64,000 bases of DNA from Somniosus microcephalus (GCA_052327205.1 CM126202.1:77810001-77874000), one strand, 5' to 3'. Shown: positions 48,271 through 62,320, numbered from the stretch's first letter. The notes: a model not told the origin generated them from the letters alone. Translations and numbers: made by a program.

Positions 48271-49949
48271 AAAAGGAAGATCGCAAGTTTGATCTGCGGT
48301 CTGGGCTAAGTTGGCTGATCTGAATAGGTGCTCAGGCTTCAGTACACCTCAGTGCCCTCGCGTTAGGAAGGGGAAAACTGGCCAAGATTCCCACTCCTGG
48401 TCAGTACCTAGCAACCTCTTCTGGAAGTGGGCATCGGGCAAGAGCAACTAAGGTTTGGCCGTGATATGCTCCTGCCCACACCCATGCTGGATTACCCTGC
48501 TGACATCGAGGCTCACACGGGAATGGCCAATTGAATGAGGAATCGGATAACATGTGGACCTGTAGCCCAAACAAGGAGTAAGAGCCTCCAAGGAAAAGGA
48601 GCAAATAACTGAGAAAAGAGCAGAAGTATTGGTTTGTTTTTCCTTTAAAGGTAAAGGGCTAATTTTAAGCAGCAAATTTCAGAACAAACTTATACAGTAT
48701 CATCCTGCATAGTACTCTTCTAAGCACATAGATAGCTTGAAACATGAATCTCTTCTTGCCACTTGGTGAAAATGCTGACAATTATGGATAACTTCCTGCC
48801 ACATAAGGATCAAAATCCTAATATAGCTTTTTTTATTAGGCTCATCAGTATCAAATCATGTATGTCTGTCAAACATTAAGTCCTCCCCCAATCTATATTA
48901 TCACTAGTATTTTCTCTGAAAATTTTATACCTTTTTCTTCAAAGAAAAATCAAGCCTAACCTTTTAAATGCAACTTACCAAACGAGCCAGCAATTTTTCA
49001 CAAAGATGCTCATCATTTTTTAAAATAAAGAGTTGTATTAACTTTTCATTTTCACAAAAAATCTGGCGTTCAACAGAGGAAATTAATCCCAAAAGGGAAT
49101 AAAATGCAGCTTTGCTAGAGCTGACCTGAAAATACCACCAGGGGGCAACACACATGCCTGCTGATATTTTTTTGCTGGATCTGTTATGACAAAGACTGAA
49201 AAAGTACACAACCTTTATGAATTATTGTACCTCTACTGGTTGAACATCACCGTGAAGGGAATAGTGCCCCCAATGGGAGTTGCCTGAGCTGCAGCACCTG
49301 ATCTTATTTTCCCCATATCTACATCAATGCCTATACTCAGTCTGATTCTCAATAGCATCATTAAGCTTCTGGGCAAGTGAACCCATGCTTTATTCATTTC
49401 AGTTGCATTAAAGCAAGATATGTTAGATCATGGGCTCTTTTATTAACCTACAGTGACCCACATCCAAACTTCAGAGCACCTGTATCTGACATTATCCTCT
49501 AGTTTCACCTGTAAATCTACTGGCTAAAAGACCCTCTGAACCAACCCACTACCCCTACAAGACAATACTAGCAATATTCTACCCCCAACAGAGATAGATC
49601 TTTGTATTTTACCCTATGGACATCATGATTATTGAAGGCTCAAGCAAACCCTCCAACCTCAATTCTACTACGATTGTCTTGATCAATGCATGTTGCAGAA
49701 CAGAGCAACAGCTGGAACCTAAAAAAGGAGCCCAGCCACTAGCTGTGCCTTGTCTAATTTACTTGTCCTTTCTAATGACCTGCTAGGTAGCAGGGTCCAA
49801 AAGGAATTTGACAAGTATGTGGCTAATTTTAAGTCATCCTGTTCAGCTGTAAAACCCTGCTTAGAACCCCACTTAGAAAGCATGCACAAAGTAGTAAATA
49901 TTCTGAATGATTATTTCTTCCAATTATTCTCACACCCCTCCCCAAATAG

Positions 49950-50930
49950 AAATGACCTAAGTAAAATCGATGACTTTGATATAAATAAGACAAAAGTCCT
50001 AGACAGGCTAAGAGCACTCAAAACAAACAAATCACGTGGGTATTTAGCCCATAGTGACGAGATAGATTAGGGGGAAGATTTGAGACACACAGTGGAGAGT
50101 ACGGAGTGGGTGTTCCCGAGTTTAGTGTTGGGATCATTACGGTTTCTAATTTACAAAAATAACCTGGATTCAGAAACTCAATGCTCATGTGGTCAAATAT
50201 GCAGATGATACCACACTAAGCGGGTCAGTGGAATTATAGGAAACAGCTAAAAAATTACAAAATCAATTGAAGATATGCAGAAAAATGGCAGATGAAATTT
50301 AATGCAGATGAGCGTAAACTACTGCAGAAATAAAAGGCAGCATGCGTACCTCATGAATGGTAGGGACAGTAGCTAAGAATGACGTTGAAATAGATCTAGG
50401 AGTCTTAGCAGCCTCTATGCTCACTGTGTCTAACCTTTGCAAAGCAGCAATCAATAAAACTAAAAGGTTGAAAGAGGAAGCCACAAGCAAAGTGCATGGT
50501 GCTCTGACCAAACCACAAGTTGAATAACGCATTTTGTTCTGGTTGCCGAGACACAAGTGAGGCATTCAAACATTCAAATCAGTGCAGAGAAGAACCACTG
50601 GCAAGGTCTGAATTACGAGGCAAGACAAGGAAAACTTGGGTTTTCCATCTTGAAAATGGGGTGTTTGAGGTGATCTTATAAGAGTATACAAAAGAGGGAA
50701 TGGAAAAGTTAAATCTGGAATATTACTTTAAGGTAATTAGCAAGAGTAGGACAAGGGAACATAGTAGAAGATAAATATAGTTCTGATGTCAGGAAATTCT
50801 TTACACAAAGTGTTGAAGGTATGGAATAAACTTTCACGGAAAGTAGTCTAGGCCAAAACTGGATACTGAAATAGAATTTTTGGCTTTGGGGGAATGAACT
50901 TAGATGGGCCAAATAGCTTTCCTTATTCTA
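49950..50930 (+). mobile_element. Highly decayed CR1
   Basis: Remnants KVLDRLRALKTNKS, tatgcagatgatac and atggcagatgaaatttaatg. Confidence 0.6.
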
Positions 50931-50989
50931 ACAATATTGTGATTGCTCAGCACACTTCCAATCAATACATCTTGGCCTGGTCCACGTGT

Positions 50990-51200
50990 GTTAGTAATTG
51001 TTGTCGGTAATTGATTACCTACTCCATCAATGAGAGTACGGTGGTACGTGCACGACGGTTCCAGTCTTCTGTCTTGCATGCTGTGCCATGCAATGTGGAA
51101 GCCCAAGTTGAGCTTTCTTAGGTCCTGCATGACTGTGGGCAGCCAAGTGGTTTTTGGTCGGCCTCAAGGTCTACGCTGATCTGGAGGGAGTCTTGATTGG
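50990..51200 (-). mobile_element. RTE-like LINE C-terminal fragment
   Basis: The minus frame reads GRPKTTWLPTVMQDLRKLNLGFHIAW...QDR. Confidence 0.5.
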
Positions 51201-51249
51201 GATGCCTGCAGAAGTCTATTCACATCCAAGTTCTTTCCAAGCGAGAAAT

Positions 51250-51966
51250 AACAACAACTTGTATTTATATAGCACCTTTAATGTATAAAACGTCCCAAGG
51301 CACTTCACAGGAGTGTTAGGAGACAAAGAATTTGACACCAAGCCATACAAGGATAAAATTAGGGCAGTTGACCAAAAGCGAAAGAGGTAAGTTTGAAGTA
51401 TCTTAAAGGAGGAAAGAAAGGTAGAGAGGCGGAGAGGTTTAGGGAGGGAATTCCAGAGCTTAGGGCCTAGGCAGCTGAAGGAATGGCCACCAATGGTTGA
51501 GCGATTATAATCAGGGTTGCTCAAGAGGGCAGAATTAGAGGAGCGCAGATATCTCGGCGGGGTAGGGGCTGTGCGGCTGGAGGAGGAGATTACAGAGATA
51601 GGGAGGGGCGAGACCACGAAGAGATTTGAAAACAAGGATGATAATTCTGAAATGGAGGCGTTGCTTAACTGGGAGCCAATGTAGGTCAGCGAGCACAAGG
51701 GTGATGGGTAAATGGGATGTGGTGCAAGTTAGGACACGGGCAGCCGAGTTTTGGATGACCTCAAGTTTACGTAGGGTAGGAGGTGGGAGGCCAGCCAGGA
51801 GTGCATTGGAGTAGTCAAGTCTAGTGGTAACAAAGGCATGGATGAGGGTTTCAGCAGCGGATGAGCTGAGGCAAGGACGGAGACGGGCGATGTTACGGAG
51901 GTGGAAATAGGCGGTCTTAGTTATGCCACGGATGTGTGGTCAGAAGCTCATTTCAGGGTCAAATAT
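51250..51966 (-). mobile_element. L2 LINE 3' end
   Basis: STIGGHSFSCLGPKLWNSLP and tail gtgctatataaatacaagttgttgtt, related to the DeuSINE tails. Confidence 0.85.
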
Positions 51967-52375
51967 GCCCAAATAGTTGCAATCGCCAAAGTCGGATGGT
52001 TTCAGAGACAGTGGTTTGTGCTGTGTGCTTTCTAATCTCTGCATTCCTGACGTAATTGTACCAGTGGACTCCCTGTATCAATATTTCTGAAACGTTGGAC
52101 ATTTAAAGCTTTGTACTGTGTTCAATTGAATTGAAAACACCCAGGTGTACAACTACACAAGTGCCAACCATGAGTATTGCAGAGACAGAGTTCTGGGGGT
52201 TGGTCAATATGTCACAATTTGCTGACAAAAATTAGCCAACACCGGGCCCCAGTACTGCTACTACTAGACTCTAAATCAAAAAAATTCTCAAATGTAAAGC
52301 GAAAGGTCAAGTTTAGCCATTTTAACCTAACAACTCAGAGCTGTGAAAGAGCAGAGGGATTTGGGGGTATCCAGT

Positions 52376-53230
52376 TATTTTTTTTCATTCGTGGGATGTG
52401 GGCGTCGCTGGCAAGACCAGCATTTATTGCCCATCCCTAATTGCCGTCGAGAAGATGGTGATGAGCCACATTTTTGAACCACTGCAGTCCGTATGGTGAA
52501 GGTACTGCCACAGTGCTGTTAGGTAGAGTGTTCCAGGATTTTGACCTAGTGACGATGAAGAAACGGCGATATACTTTTAAGTCAGGATGGTATGCAACTT
52601 GGAGGGGAACTTCGAGGTGGTGGTGTTCCCATGCGCCTGCTGCCCTTGTCCGTCTAGGTGGTAGAGTTCAAGGGTTTGGGAGGTGCTGCCGAAGAAGCCT
52701 CGACAAGTTTCTGCAGTGCATCTTGGAGATGGTGCACACAGCAGCCACGGTGCGAGGTGATGGAGGGGGTGAGTGTTTATGGTGGTGGATGGGGTCCCAA
52801 TCAAGTGGGCTGCTTTGTTTTGGATGGTGTTGAGTTTCTTGAGTGTTGTTGGAGTTGCACTCATCCAGGCAAGTGGTGAGTATTCCATCATACTCCTGAC
52901 TTGCGCCTTGTAGATAGTGGAAAGGCTTTGGGGAGTCAGGTGGTGAGTCACTCGCTGCAAAATGCCCAGCCTCTGACCTGCTCTTGTAGCCACAGTATTT
53001 ATGTGGCTGGTTCAGTTAAGATTCTAATCAATGGTAACCCCCCCACCCCCCAGATGTTAATTGTGAGGTATTCAACAATGGTAATGCCGCTGAATGTCAT
53101 GGGGAGGTGGCTGGAGACTCTATTTCTGGAGATGGTCATTGCCTGGTACTTGTGTGGCACAAATGTTACTTGCCACTTATTAGCCCACGCCTGCATGTTG
53201 TCCAGGTCTTGCTGCATACGGGCATGGACT
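52376..53230 (-). mobile_element. LINE family B 3' portion
   Basis: QQDLDNMQAWANKWQVTF and IYKAQVRSMMEYSPLAW. Confidence 0.9.
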
Positions 53231-53234
53231 GGCG

Positions 53235-54951
53235 ACGGCAATTAAGAGTTTCTATAGATATTTTTTTTAAAAGAGTTAACAAAGTGAGCGTTGGTCCTAT
53301 AAAAAGTGAGTCTGGGGAATTAATAATGGAAAATAAGGAGATGGCAGTTGAATTGAACAGGTATTTTGCATCGGTCTTCACTATAAGGGATACAAGTAAC
53401 ATCCCAGAAATAGCTGTAAATCAGGAAATGGAAGGGAGGGAGGAACTCAAGAAAATTACAATCACCAGGGAAGTGGCACTGAGCAAATTGTTGGAGCTGC
53501 GGGCTGACAAGTCCCCGGGTCCTGATGGACTTCATCCTAGTCTTAAAAGAAGTGGCTAGTGAGATAGTTGATGCGTTGCTTTTAATTTTCCAAAATTCCT
53601 TAGAGTTGGGGAATGTTCCATTAGATTGGAAAATAGCAAATGTAACTCCTTTATTCAAAAAGGGAGGAAAGCAGGAAACTACAGACCAGTTAGCTTAACA
53701 TCGGACATAGGGAAGATGTTAGAAACTATTATTAAAGATGTTATATCAGGGCACTTACATGTGCTGTAGATAAAGGGGAACCAGTGGATGCACTGTACTT
53801 AGGTTTCCAGCAGGCATTTGATAAGGTGCCACATCAAAGGTTATTGAGGAAAATAAAAGCTCATGGTGTAGGGGGTAACATATTGGCATGGATAGAAGAT
53901 TGGCTAGCTAACAGGAAACAGAGAGTAGGCATAAATGGGTCATTTTCTGATTGGCAAGATGTAATGAGTGGTGTGCCACAGGGATCAGTGCTGGGGCCTC
54001 AACTTTTTACAATTTATATAAATGACTTGGATGAAGGGACGGAAGGTGTGGTTGCTAAATTTGCTGATGACACAAAGATAGGTAGGAAAGTAAATTGTGA
54101 AGAGGGCCTAAGGAGGCTACAAAGGGATATAGATAGGTTAAGTGAGTGGGCAAAGATCTGGCAAATGCAGTATAATGTGGGAAAATGTGAAGTTGTCCAT
54201 CTTGGCAGGAAGAATAAAAAAGCATATTATCTAAATGGTGAGAGATTGCAGAGGGATCTGGGTGTCCTGGTGCATGAATTGCAAAAGGTTACTATGCAGG
54301 TACAGCAAGTAATTAAGCTAATAGAATGTTATCGTTTATTGCGAGGGGAATTGAATACAAAGGTAGGGAGGTTATGCTTCAGTTATACAGGGCATTGGTG
54401 AGACCACATCTGGAGTAGTGTGTACATTATTGGTCTCCTTATTTAAGCATGTAAATGCGTTGGAAGCAGTTCAGAGAAGGTTTACTAGACTAATACCTGG
54501 AATGGGCAGGCTGTCTTGAGGAAAAGTTGGACAGGCTAGGCTTGTATCCGTTGGAGTTTAGAAAAGTAAGAGGTGACTTGATTGAAAAATATAAGATCCT
54601 GAGGGGTCTGGAGAGGGTGGATGTTTCCTCTTGTGGGAAAATCTGGAACTAGGGGTCACTGTTTAAAAATAAGGGGTCGCCCGTTTAAGACAGAGATGAG
54701 GAGAATTTTTTTCTCAAGAGGGTCGTGAGTCTTTGGAACTCTCTTCCTCAGAGGGCGGTGAAAGCAGAGTCTTTGAATATTTTTAAGGCAGAGGTAGATA
54801 GATTTTTGGTAAGCAAGGGGGTGAAAAGTTATCGGAGGTAGGCAGAAATGTGGAGTAATCGGATCAGCCATGATCCTATTGAATGGCGGAGCAGGCTCAA
54901 AGGGCCGAGTGGCCTACTCCTGCTCCTAATTCGTATGTATGTTCTTATGTT
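53235..54951 (+). mobile_element. CR1 LINE (internally deleted ORF2 to 3' tail)
   Basis: KSPGPDGLHP, AFDKVPH, GVPQGSVLGP and KFADD, with a tail at ~54950. Confidence 0.92.
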
Positions 54952-54959
54952 CATTATCT

Positions 54960-55395
54960 AAGAACTTAAGAATTAGGAGCACGAGTAGGCCATACGGCCC
55001 CTCGAGCCTGCTGCGCCATTCAGTAAGATCTTGGCTGCTGATCTTTGACCTCAACTCCATTTCCTTCCCCATATCCTTTGATTCCCCTAGAGTCCAAAAA
55101 TCTACTATCTCAGCCTTGAATATACTCAACAATTCAGCAACCACAGCCCTTTGGGGTAGAGATTCACACCAGCTGACTGAAGAAAGTCCTCCTCATCTCA
55201 GTCTTAAATGGCTGACCCCTTATCTTGAGACTGTGTCCCAATTCTAGACTCTCTAGCCAGAGGAAACTTCCTCTCAGCAATTACCCTGTCAATCCTCCTC
55301 AGAATCATATATGTTTCAATTAGATCACACCTCATTCTTCTAAACTCGAGAGAGTATAGGCCAAACCTACTCAATTTCTTCTCAGAGGACAACCT
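54960..55395 (-). mobile_element. CR1 3' fragment, tail-to-tail with the previous copy
   Basis: GLYSLEFRRMRCDLIETY on the minus strand. Confidence 0.85.
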
Positions 55396-55461
55396 CAGCC
55401 TCAGTCAGTAGTGGTGCTATCAAGCCACTGGGACAGGACATACCCAGGAATAGTGATGGAG

Positions 55462-56355
55462 GAGACCACACCTGGAGTACTGTGCACAGTTTTGGTCTCC
55501 TTATCTAAGAAAGGATATACTTGCCTTGGAGGCGGTGCAACGAAGGTTCACTAGATTGATTCCTGGGATGAGAGGGTTGTCCTATGATGAGAGATTTGTG
55601 TAGAATGGGCCTATACTCTCTGGAGTTTAGAAGAATGAGAGGTGATCTAATTGAAACATACAAGATTCTGAAGGGGATTGACAGGGTAGATGCTGAGAGG
55701 TTGTTTCCCCTGGCTGGAGTGTCTAGAACTAGGGGGCATAATCTCAGGATAAGGGGTAGGCCATTTAAGACTGAGATGAGGAGGAATTTCTTCACTCAGA
55801 GGGTTGTGAATCTTTAGAATTCTCTGCCCCAGAGGGCTATGAATGGTGAGTCTTTAAGTATATTCAAGGATGATATACAGGAAACTTTGTGATATCTGGC
55901 ACCGACGGGACCGAGCTGTTGCCGATCTATCAAAACTGCCGGACAAGCCAGCGCTAATGTTGAAGCATACGGAGATTTGCAGCTCCGTATCTGGCAACAA
56001 ACACTGTTGCTTAGCAACAGCTTCTAAACAGTCGGCCGTACCTTGGAAGCATCTCTGTAGCTTAGCAACAACTTCAGAGAGACTTTGCAGAGCCTGACTG
56101 TTGAAAAAAAAGCCACGAGAAGAAAAGAAAACTAAAAAAACAGCTCCTGATTTCTGCCGGTGGATCGAGGTTTCCGGACATACAACCTCCGGATAAACCA
56201 AAGTTTCCTGTAGATAGATTTTTGGACTCTAGGGGAATCAAGGGATATGGAGAACGGGTGGGAAAGTGGAGTTGAGGTCGATGATCAGCCATGATCTTAC
56301 TGAATGGCGGAGCAGGCTCGAGGGGCCGTATGGCCTACTCCTGCTCTTATGTCCT
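55462..56355 (+). mobile_element. CR1 3' fragment interrupted by a MITE
   Basis: GLYSLEFRRMRGDLIETYKIL; continues after 56212. Confidence 0.88.
55878..56210. mobile_element. Tigger-like MITE family B (opposite orientation)
   Basis: TA|CAGGAAACTTTG...CAAAGTTTCCTG|TA. Confidence 0.92.
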
Positions 56356-56357
56356 TA

Positions 56358-56752
56358 GCTGAAAGGTACGATTTTATGAATGTGACTGTCAGGCTGTTGC
56401 TTGTCTAGGCTGTGTGACAGCTCTCCCAATTTTGGTCCAAGTCTCCAGATGTTAGTGAGGAGGACATTGCAGGGTAGACTGGGCTGGTTGTGCCTTTGAT
56501 GTGTCCAAATCTGGTGCCTAGGTTGATGCCGGGTGGTCTGTTTGGTTTTATTATTGTTGTTTTTCCAGAGTGATTTGGTACAACTTTGCGGCTTGCTAAG
56601 CCACATCAGAGGGCAGTTAAGAGTCAACCACATTGATGTGGGTCTGCAGTCACATATAGGCCAGACCAGGTAAGGACGGCAGATTTCCTTTCCTAATTGA
56701 CATTAGTGAACCAGATGAGTTTTTAACCACAATCTGGTAGTGTCATGGTCAC
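56358..56752 (-). mobile_element. Probable 5' region of LINE family B (UTR plus endonuclease start)
   Basis: VLLTNIWRL...KLGELSHSLDKQQPD resembles an APE N-terminus. The upstream part matches the SINE core at 5615-5705. Confidence 0.6.
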
Positions 56753-56754
56753 AT

Positions 56755-57408
56755 AGAACTTTGAAGGCAGTAACTCAGATTGATAAGGCCGTTAAAAATG
56801 CTAATGGAATTCTATCACCAAATGTATCTAATATAAACTTCAAGAGGTAATGATAAGCCTATAAAAAGCCTTACGACTGCACAGTACTGTGCCCAGTATT
56901 GGGCTCCATACTATAGGAAGGATATTGAGGCTTTATAGAAGGTAGAAAACAGATTCACTAGGATGCTACCTAGTATAAGGAAATATAACTATGAAGACTT
57001 GAAAGGCTGGGGCTTCATTAATACAAGATGATATGAAAAAAGCGTTTAAAAATATGAAAGATGAGACAAGGTAGATAGAAGCAGACTCTTTCCAGTAGTC
57101 GAGGGATCAAGAATGAAAGGCCTTGGATACAAGATATGTTATAAAGATTTAGAACAGACGACAGGAGAAACTTCTTTACAAAGAAAGTTGAGACCATGGA
57201 ATTTACTTCCAGGATTACTGATTGAAACAGAAAGTATGTTCACATACAATAGACTGAATGAAAAGGATGAAGGAAAGGGGGTTGAAGGAAGAGGGAAACG
57301 GGGTGGATAAATGTAATCTGAAACTATTTGCTCGCGTGGAGGATAATGCCAATGCGGACTGGTTGGGACAAATGGCCCGTTTCCGTGTTGTAACTTCTAT
57401 GTACAACA
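56755..57408 (+). mobile_element. Decayed CR1 3' portion
   Basis: agtactgtgcccagtattgggctccata (YCAQYWAP) and a tail ending gtaacttctatgta. Confidence 0.65.
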
Positions 57409-58865
57409 TCCTGACAACTAAAACTAAAAGGGAAATCAAACCATGTTAGGTGATTTTTTTTAAAGCCTGTTTAAGAGTGCCTACTCAGAAAGCAAACCAC
57501 AACCACTTGCAGGTTACTTTTCTAAAGGGGATACTATGCACACAATGCTCAAACTAGCTGATGAACAGGCCTTGGCAGGTTCCAGTCGCAGCGCTTCAAG
57601 TTTTATGCAAAGGTGTGCTCCCCAAGCCTTTTCAAACATCAGTGCACAAATCTCCAGTGGGTCCCTGTTTGATCAGAGGTCCAGCCAGCGGGAATTTCAC
57701 AGCCTTCCATTGGCTGGTCTGCCTGCAAGTGATCCAATTACACGAGAGGCCTGCATTTAAGAGACTGCATCAGGAAACAGAGCACAAGCTTTCAGAAAGA
57801 CCGCTGGCTCGCTAAGGAGATCTCGTCAACCATTTCCTTCCGTCCACTCTTCCAAAATAAGCAGAGCTTTATATATATGCGGTATATTTTAAAAGAAAAC
57901 ACAAGGCACGCCAAAATATATTCCTGCATCTTCCTCTTTTACATTAATTTAGATTCTATCACACTCATCTAACGAATACTGGCTGACCTGTGCAGCAGTG
58001 TCCTATATAGACACACCGTCATTTGGGGAAAGCACTCATTTCAAGCATGTCACTTCTGGGAGGTATGTAAACTAGGCTAATATAAACACTGAGAACTGGA
58101 GCCAACCTTGTTCTGGGCCCTAGTCATTGTATATTGCTATGGTTTCTTTTGGAAAGTTACGAGGGGAAACAGGATTTTCTGTTAATATAGTGCACACTCT
58201 GGATTATTCACGAGTTTGGGAGAGATCTGCTATTTCAAAAAACTCAATTGAGAAGCATGAAAAATAAATTATATATTCCAAATCAAACCCCCCCCCCCAC
58301 ATTAATACTTAATTGTACTTTGCTGGTATGCATCCAAGGCCTTAAAATATGCATTATGTTCATCTCTGCAACATGTGAAAGAAGTTAATTACATAACAGA
58401 CTTCCTTTATTCTCTCAATTACAAAAACAGAGCCTTTAAGGTCTCGATAGTCCATGGAACATTTTAAAATTTAGGAATCCGGCTCAGAAGTTGGAACACA
58501 AGGACAGAATTGAAATTGGCCTGCAAGTTTGGGATATTACAATGAAACCTCTATTTTAAATGCACTAATCTCATCATCGGATGTCATGTCCACCTGTTCT
58601 ATCTTCTAGATGCTTTAGACTGGGAATTAATCTTGTGGCCCTCTTCTGAAACTTTTCCAAAGCCTCAATATTGCCACCATGTGAGACAACCAAAACTAGA
58701 CACAGTATTCTAACAGATGTTATTTATATGGACTTCAAGAAGGCATTTGATAAAGTCTGTTATCTCAGGTGGAAGCCCACAGAATTGAAGGCAAATTATT
58801 GACCTGGTTAGGAAATTAGCTGAGAGGCAGGAGACAGCGAGTAGGAATAATGGGTAGGTACTCTC

Positions 58866-61333
58866 ATTTTTAATTTTATATTAAAGGCCAGCATTTATTG
58901 CCCATCCCTAATTGCCCTTGAGAAGGTGGTGGTGAGCCGCCTTCTTGAACTGCAGCAGTCCGTGTGGCGAAGGTACTCCCACAGTGCTATAGCAAAATAC
59001 TGCAGATGTAGGGAGGGAGTTCCAGGATTTTGACCCAGCAACGATGAAGGAACGGTGATATACTTCCAAGTCAGGATGGTGCATGACTTGGAGGTGGTGA
59101 TGTTCCCATGCGACTGCTGACCTTGTCCTTCTAGGTCGCAGGTTTGGGAGGTGCTGTTGAAGAAGCCTTGGCGAGTTGCTGCAGTGCATCTTGTAGACGG
59201 TACACACTGCAGCCACGGTATGCCGCTGGTGGAGGAAGTGAATATTTAAGGTGGTGGATGGGGTGCCAATCAAGCGGGCTGCTTTGTCCTAGAAGGTGTC
59301 GAGCTTCGAGTGTTGTTGGAGCTGCACTCATCCAGGCAAATGGGAGTGCATTCCATCACACTCCTTACTTGTGCCTTGTAGATGGTGGAAAGGCAGGAGG
59401 TGAGACACTCGCCGCAGAAAACCCAGCCTCTGACCTGCTCTTGTTGCCACAGTATTTATGTGGCTGGTCCAGTTAAGTTTCTGACCCCCCAGGATATTGA
59501 TGGTGGGGGATTCGGTGATGGTAATGCTGTTCAATGTCAAGAGGCAGTGGTTAGCCGCTCGCTTGTTGGAGATAGTCATTGCCTGGCACTTAAGTGGCAA
59601 ATAACATTCGCGCCACACATCAGCCCAAGCCTGAATGTCATCCAGGTCTTGCTGCAGGCGGGCATGGACTGCTTCATTACCTGAGGAGTTGCGAATGGCA
59701 CTGAACACTGTGCAGTCATCAGCAAACATCCCCACTTCTGACCTTAAGTTGGAAGGAAGGCCATTGATGAAGCAGCTGAAGATAGTTGGGCCTGGGACAC
59801 TGCCCTGAAGAACTCCTGCAGCGATGTCCTGGGGCTATGATGATTGACCTCCAACCACCACAACCATTTTCCTTTGTGCCAAGTATGACTCCATCCAGTG
59901 GAGAGTTCCCCCCCCCCCTCCCCAATGCTCAGTGACTTCAGTTTTACTAGGGCTCCTTGATACCACACTCGGTCAAATGCTGCCTTGTTGTCAAGGGCAG
60001 TCACTCACTCGCCTCACCTCTAGAATTCAGCTCTTTTGTCCATGTTTGGACCAAGGCTGTAATGAGGCCCAAACTGGGCATGAGTAGGTAAGTTATTGGT
60101 GAGTAAGTGCTACTTGATAGCACAGTCGGTGACACCATCCATCACCTGGCTGATGATTGAGAGTAGACTGATGGGGCAGTTATTTGCCAGATTGTATTTT
60201 TCCTGCTTTTTGTGGAGAGGTCATACCCGGGCAATTTTCCGCATTGTCGGATAGATAACAGTGTTGTAGCTGTACTGGAACAGCTTGGCTAGAGGCACAG
60301 CTAGTTCTGGAGCATAAGTCTTCAGCATGACAGCCAGGATGTTGTCGAGGCCCATAGCCTTTGTTGTATCCAGTGCGCTCAGCCATTTCTTGATATCACG
60401 TGGAGCGAATCGAATTGGCTGAAGACTGGCTTCTGTGATGGTGGGGACCTCAGGAGGAGGCCGATATGGATCATCCACTCGGCACTTCTGGTTGAAGATG
60501 GTTGCAAATGCTTCAGCCTTGTCTCTTGCACTCACGTGCTGGGCTACACCATCATTGAGGATGGGGATATTCTTGGAGCCTCCTCCTCCCCCCGTTAGTT
60601 GTTTTAATGGTCCACTACCCTTCACGACTGGATGTGGCAGGACTGCAGAGCTTTGGTCTGATCCGTTGATTGTGGGGTCGCTTAGCCTTGTCTGTAGCAT
60701 GCTGCTGCCGCTTTTTAACATGCATGTCGTCCTGTGTTGCAGTCTCCCCAGGTTGGCACCTTATTTTTAGGTACGCCTGGTGCTGCTCCTGGCATGCTCT
60801 TCTGCACTCCTCATTGAACCAGGGTTCATCCCCTGGCTTGATGGTAATGTAGAGTGAGGGATATGCCAGGCTATGAGATTACAGAGTGTGATGGAAAACA
60901 GTTCTGCTGCTATTGATGGCCCACAGCGCCTCATGGATGCCCAGTTTTGAGCTGCTAGATCTGTTCTGAATCTATCTCATTTAGCACGTTGGGAGTGACA
61001 CACAACACAATGGAGGGTGTCCTCCGTGTGAAGACGGGACTTCGTCTCCACAATGACTGTGCGGTGGTCTCTGCTACCAATGCTGTCATGGACAAATGCA
61101 TCTGCGACAGGTAGATTGGGGAGGGCGAGGTCAAGTAGGTTTTTCCCTCGCGTTGGTTCTCTCACCACCTGTTGCTGGCCCAGACTGGCAGCTATGTCCT
61201 TCAGGACTTGGCCAGCTCGGTCAGTAGTGGTGCTACCGAGCTGCTCTTGGTGATGGACATTGAAGTCCCCCACCCAGAGGACATTCTGTGCCCTTGCTAC
61301 TCTCAGTGCTTCTTCCAAGTAGTGTTCAACATG
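58866..61333 (-). mobile_element. LINE family B, longest copy (endonuclease to tail, disrupted)
   Basis: VLWVGDFNVHH, REPTRGKNLLDL, KAAFDRVW and MFADD; inserted into a CR1 (58715-58865 / 61340 onward). Confidence 0.92.
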
Positions 61334-61339
61334 GACCTG

Positions 61340-62320
61340 CCTATTGGCAGGATGTGACTAATGGTGTCCCGCAGGAATCTGTGTTGGGGCCTGAAATATT
61401 CACAATATTTATTAACTACTTAGATGATGGCATAGAAAGTCATATATCCAAATTTGCTGATGGCAGCATTGTAGGCAGTGTAGATGAAAGCATAAAATTA
61501 CAAAGGGGTATTGACAGATTAAGTGAATGGGCAAAACTGTGGCAAATGGATTTCAATGTAAGCAAATATGAGGTCATCCACTTAGGACCTAAAAAGGATA
61601 GAACAATGGTGAAAAGTTAAAAACAGTGGATGTCCAAAGAAACTTGGGGATTCAGGTATATAGATCATTAAAATATCATGGACAGGTACAGAAAATAATC
61701 AAAAAGGCTAATGGAATGCTGGTCTTTATATCTAGAGGACCAGAGTACAGGGGGGTAGAAGTTATGCTGCAGCTGTACCAAACCCTGGTCAGACCGCACC
61801 CGAGCGCAGTTCTGGGAACCACACCTTAGGAAGGATATATTGGCTTTGGAAGGAGTGCAGCATACTTGGACTTTAAGGGTTAAGTTACGAGGAGATTTTA
61901 CACAAATTAGGGTTGTATTCCCTAGAATTTAGAAGGTTAAGGGGTGATCTGATCGAAGTTTTCAGGATATTAAGGGGAACAGATTGGGTAGATAGAGAGA
62001 AACTATTTCCACTGGGTGGGGATTCTAGCACTAGGGAGCATAGTCTAAAAATTAGAGCCAGATTGTTATGGGGTGAAATTAGGAAACACTTCTACACACA
62101 AAGGGTGGTAGAAGTTTGGAACTCTCTTCCGCAAACGGCAATTGATGCTAGATCAATTGTTAATTTTAAATCTGAGATTGATAAGCGTTTTGGTAACCAA
62201 AGGTATTAAGGGATATGGGCCAAATGCGGCTATATGGAGTTAGATCACAGGCCAGCCATTATCTCACTGAATGGCAGAACAGGCTCGAGAGGCTGAATGG
62301 CCTACTCCTGTTCCTATCTT
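61340..62320 (+). mobile_element. CR1 3' portion
   Basis: GVPQESVLGP, KFAD and YSLEFRRLRGDLIEVF. Confidence 0.88.
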
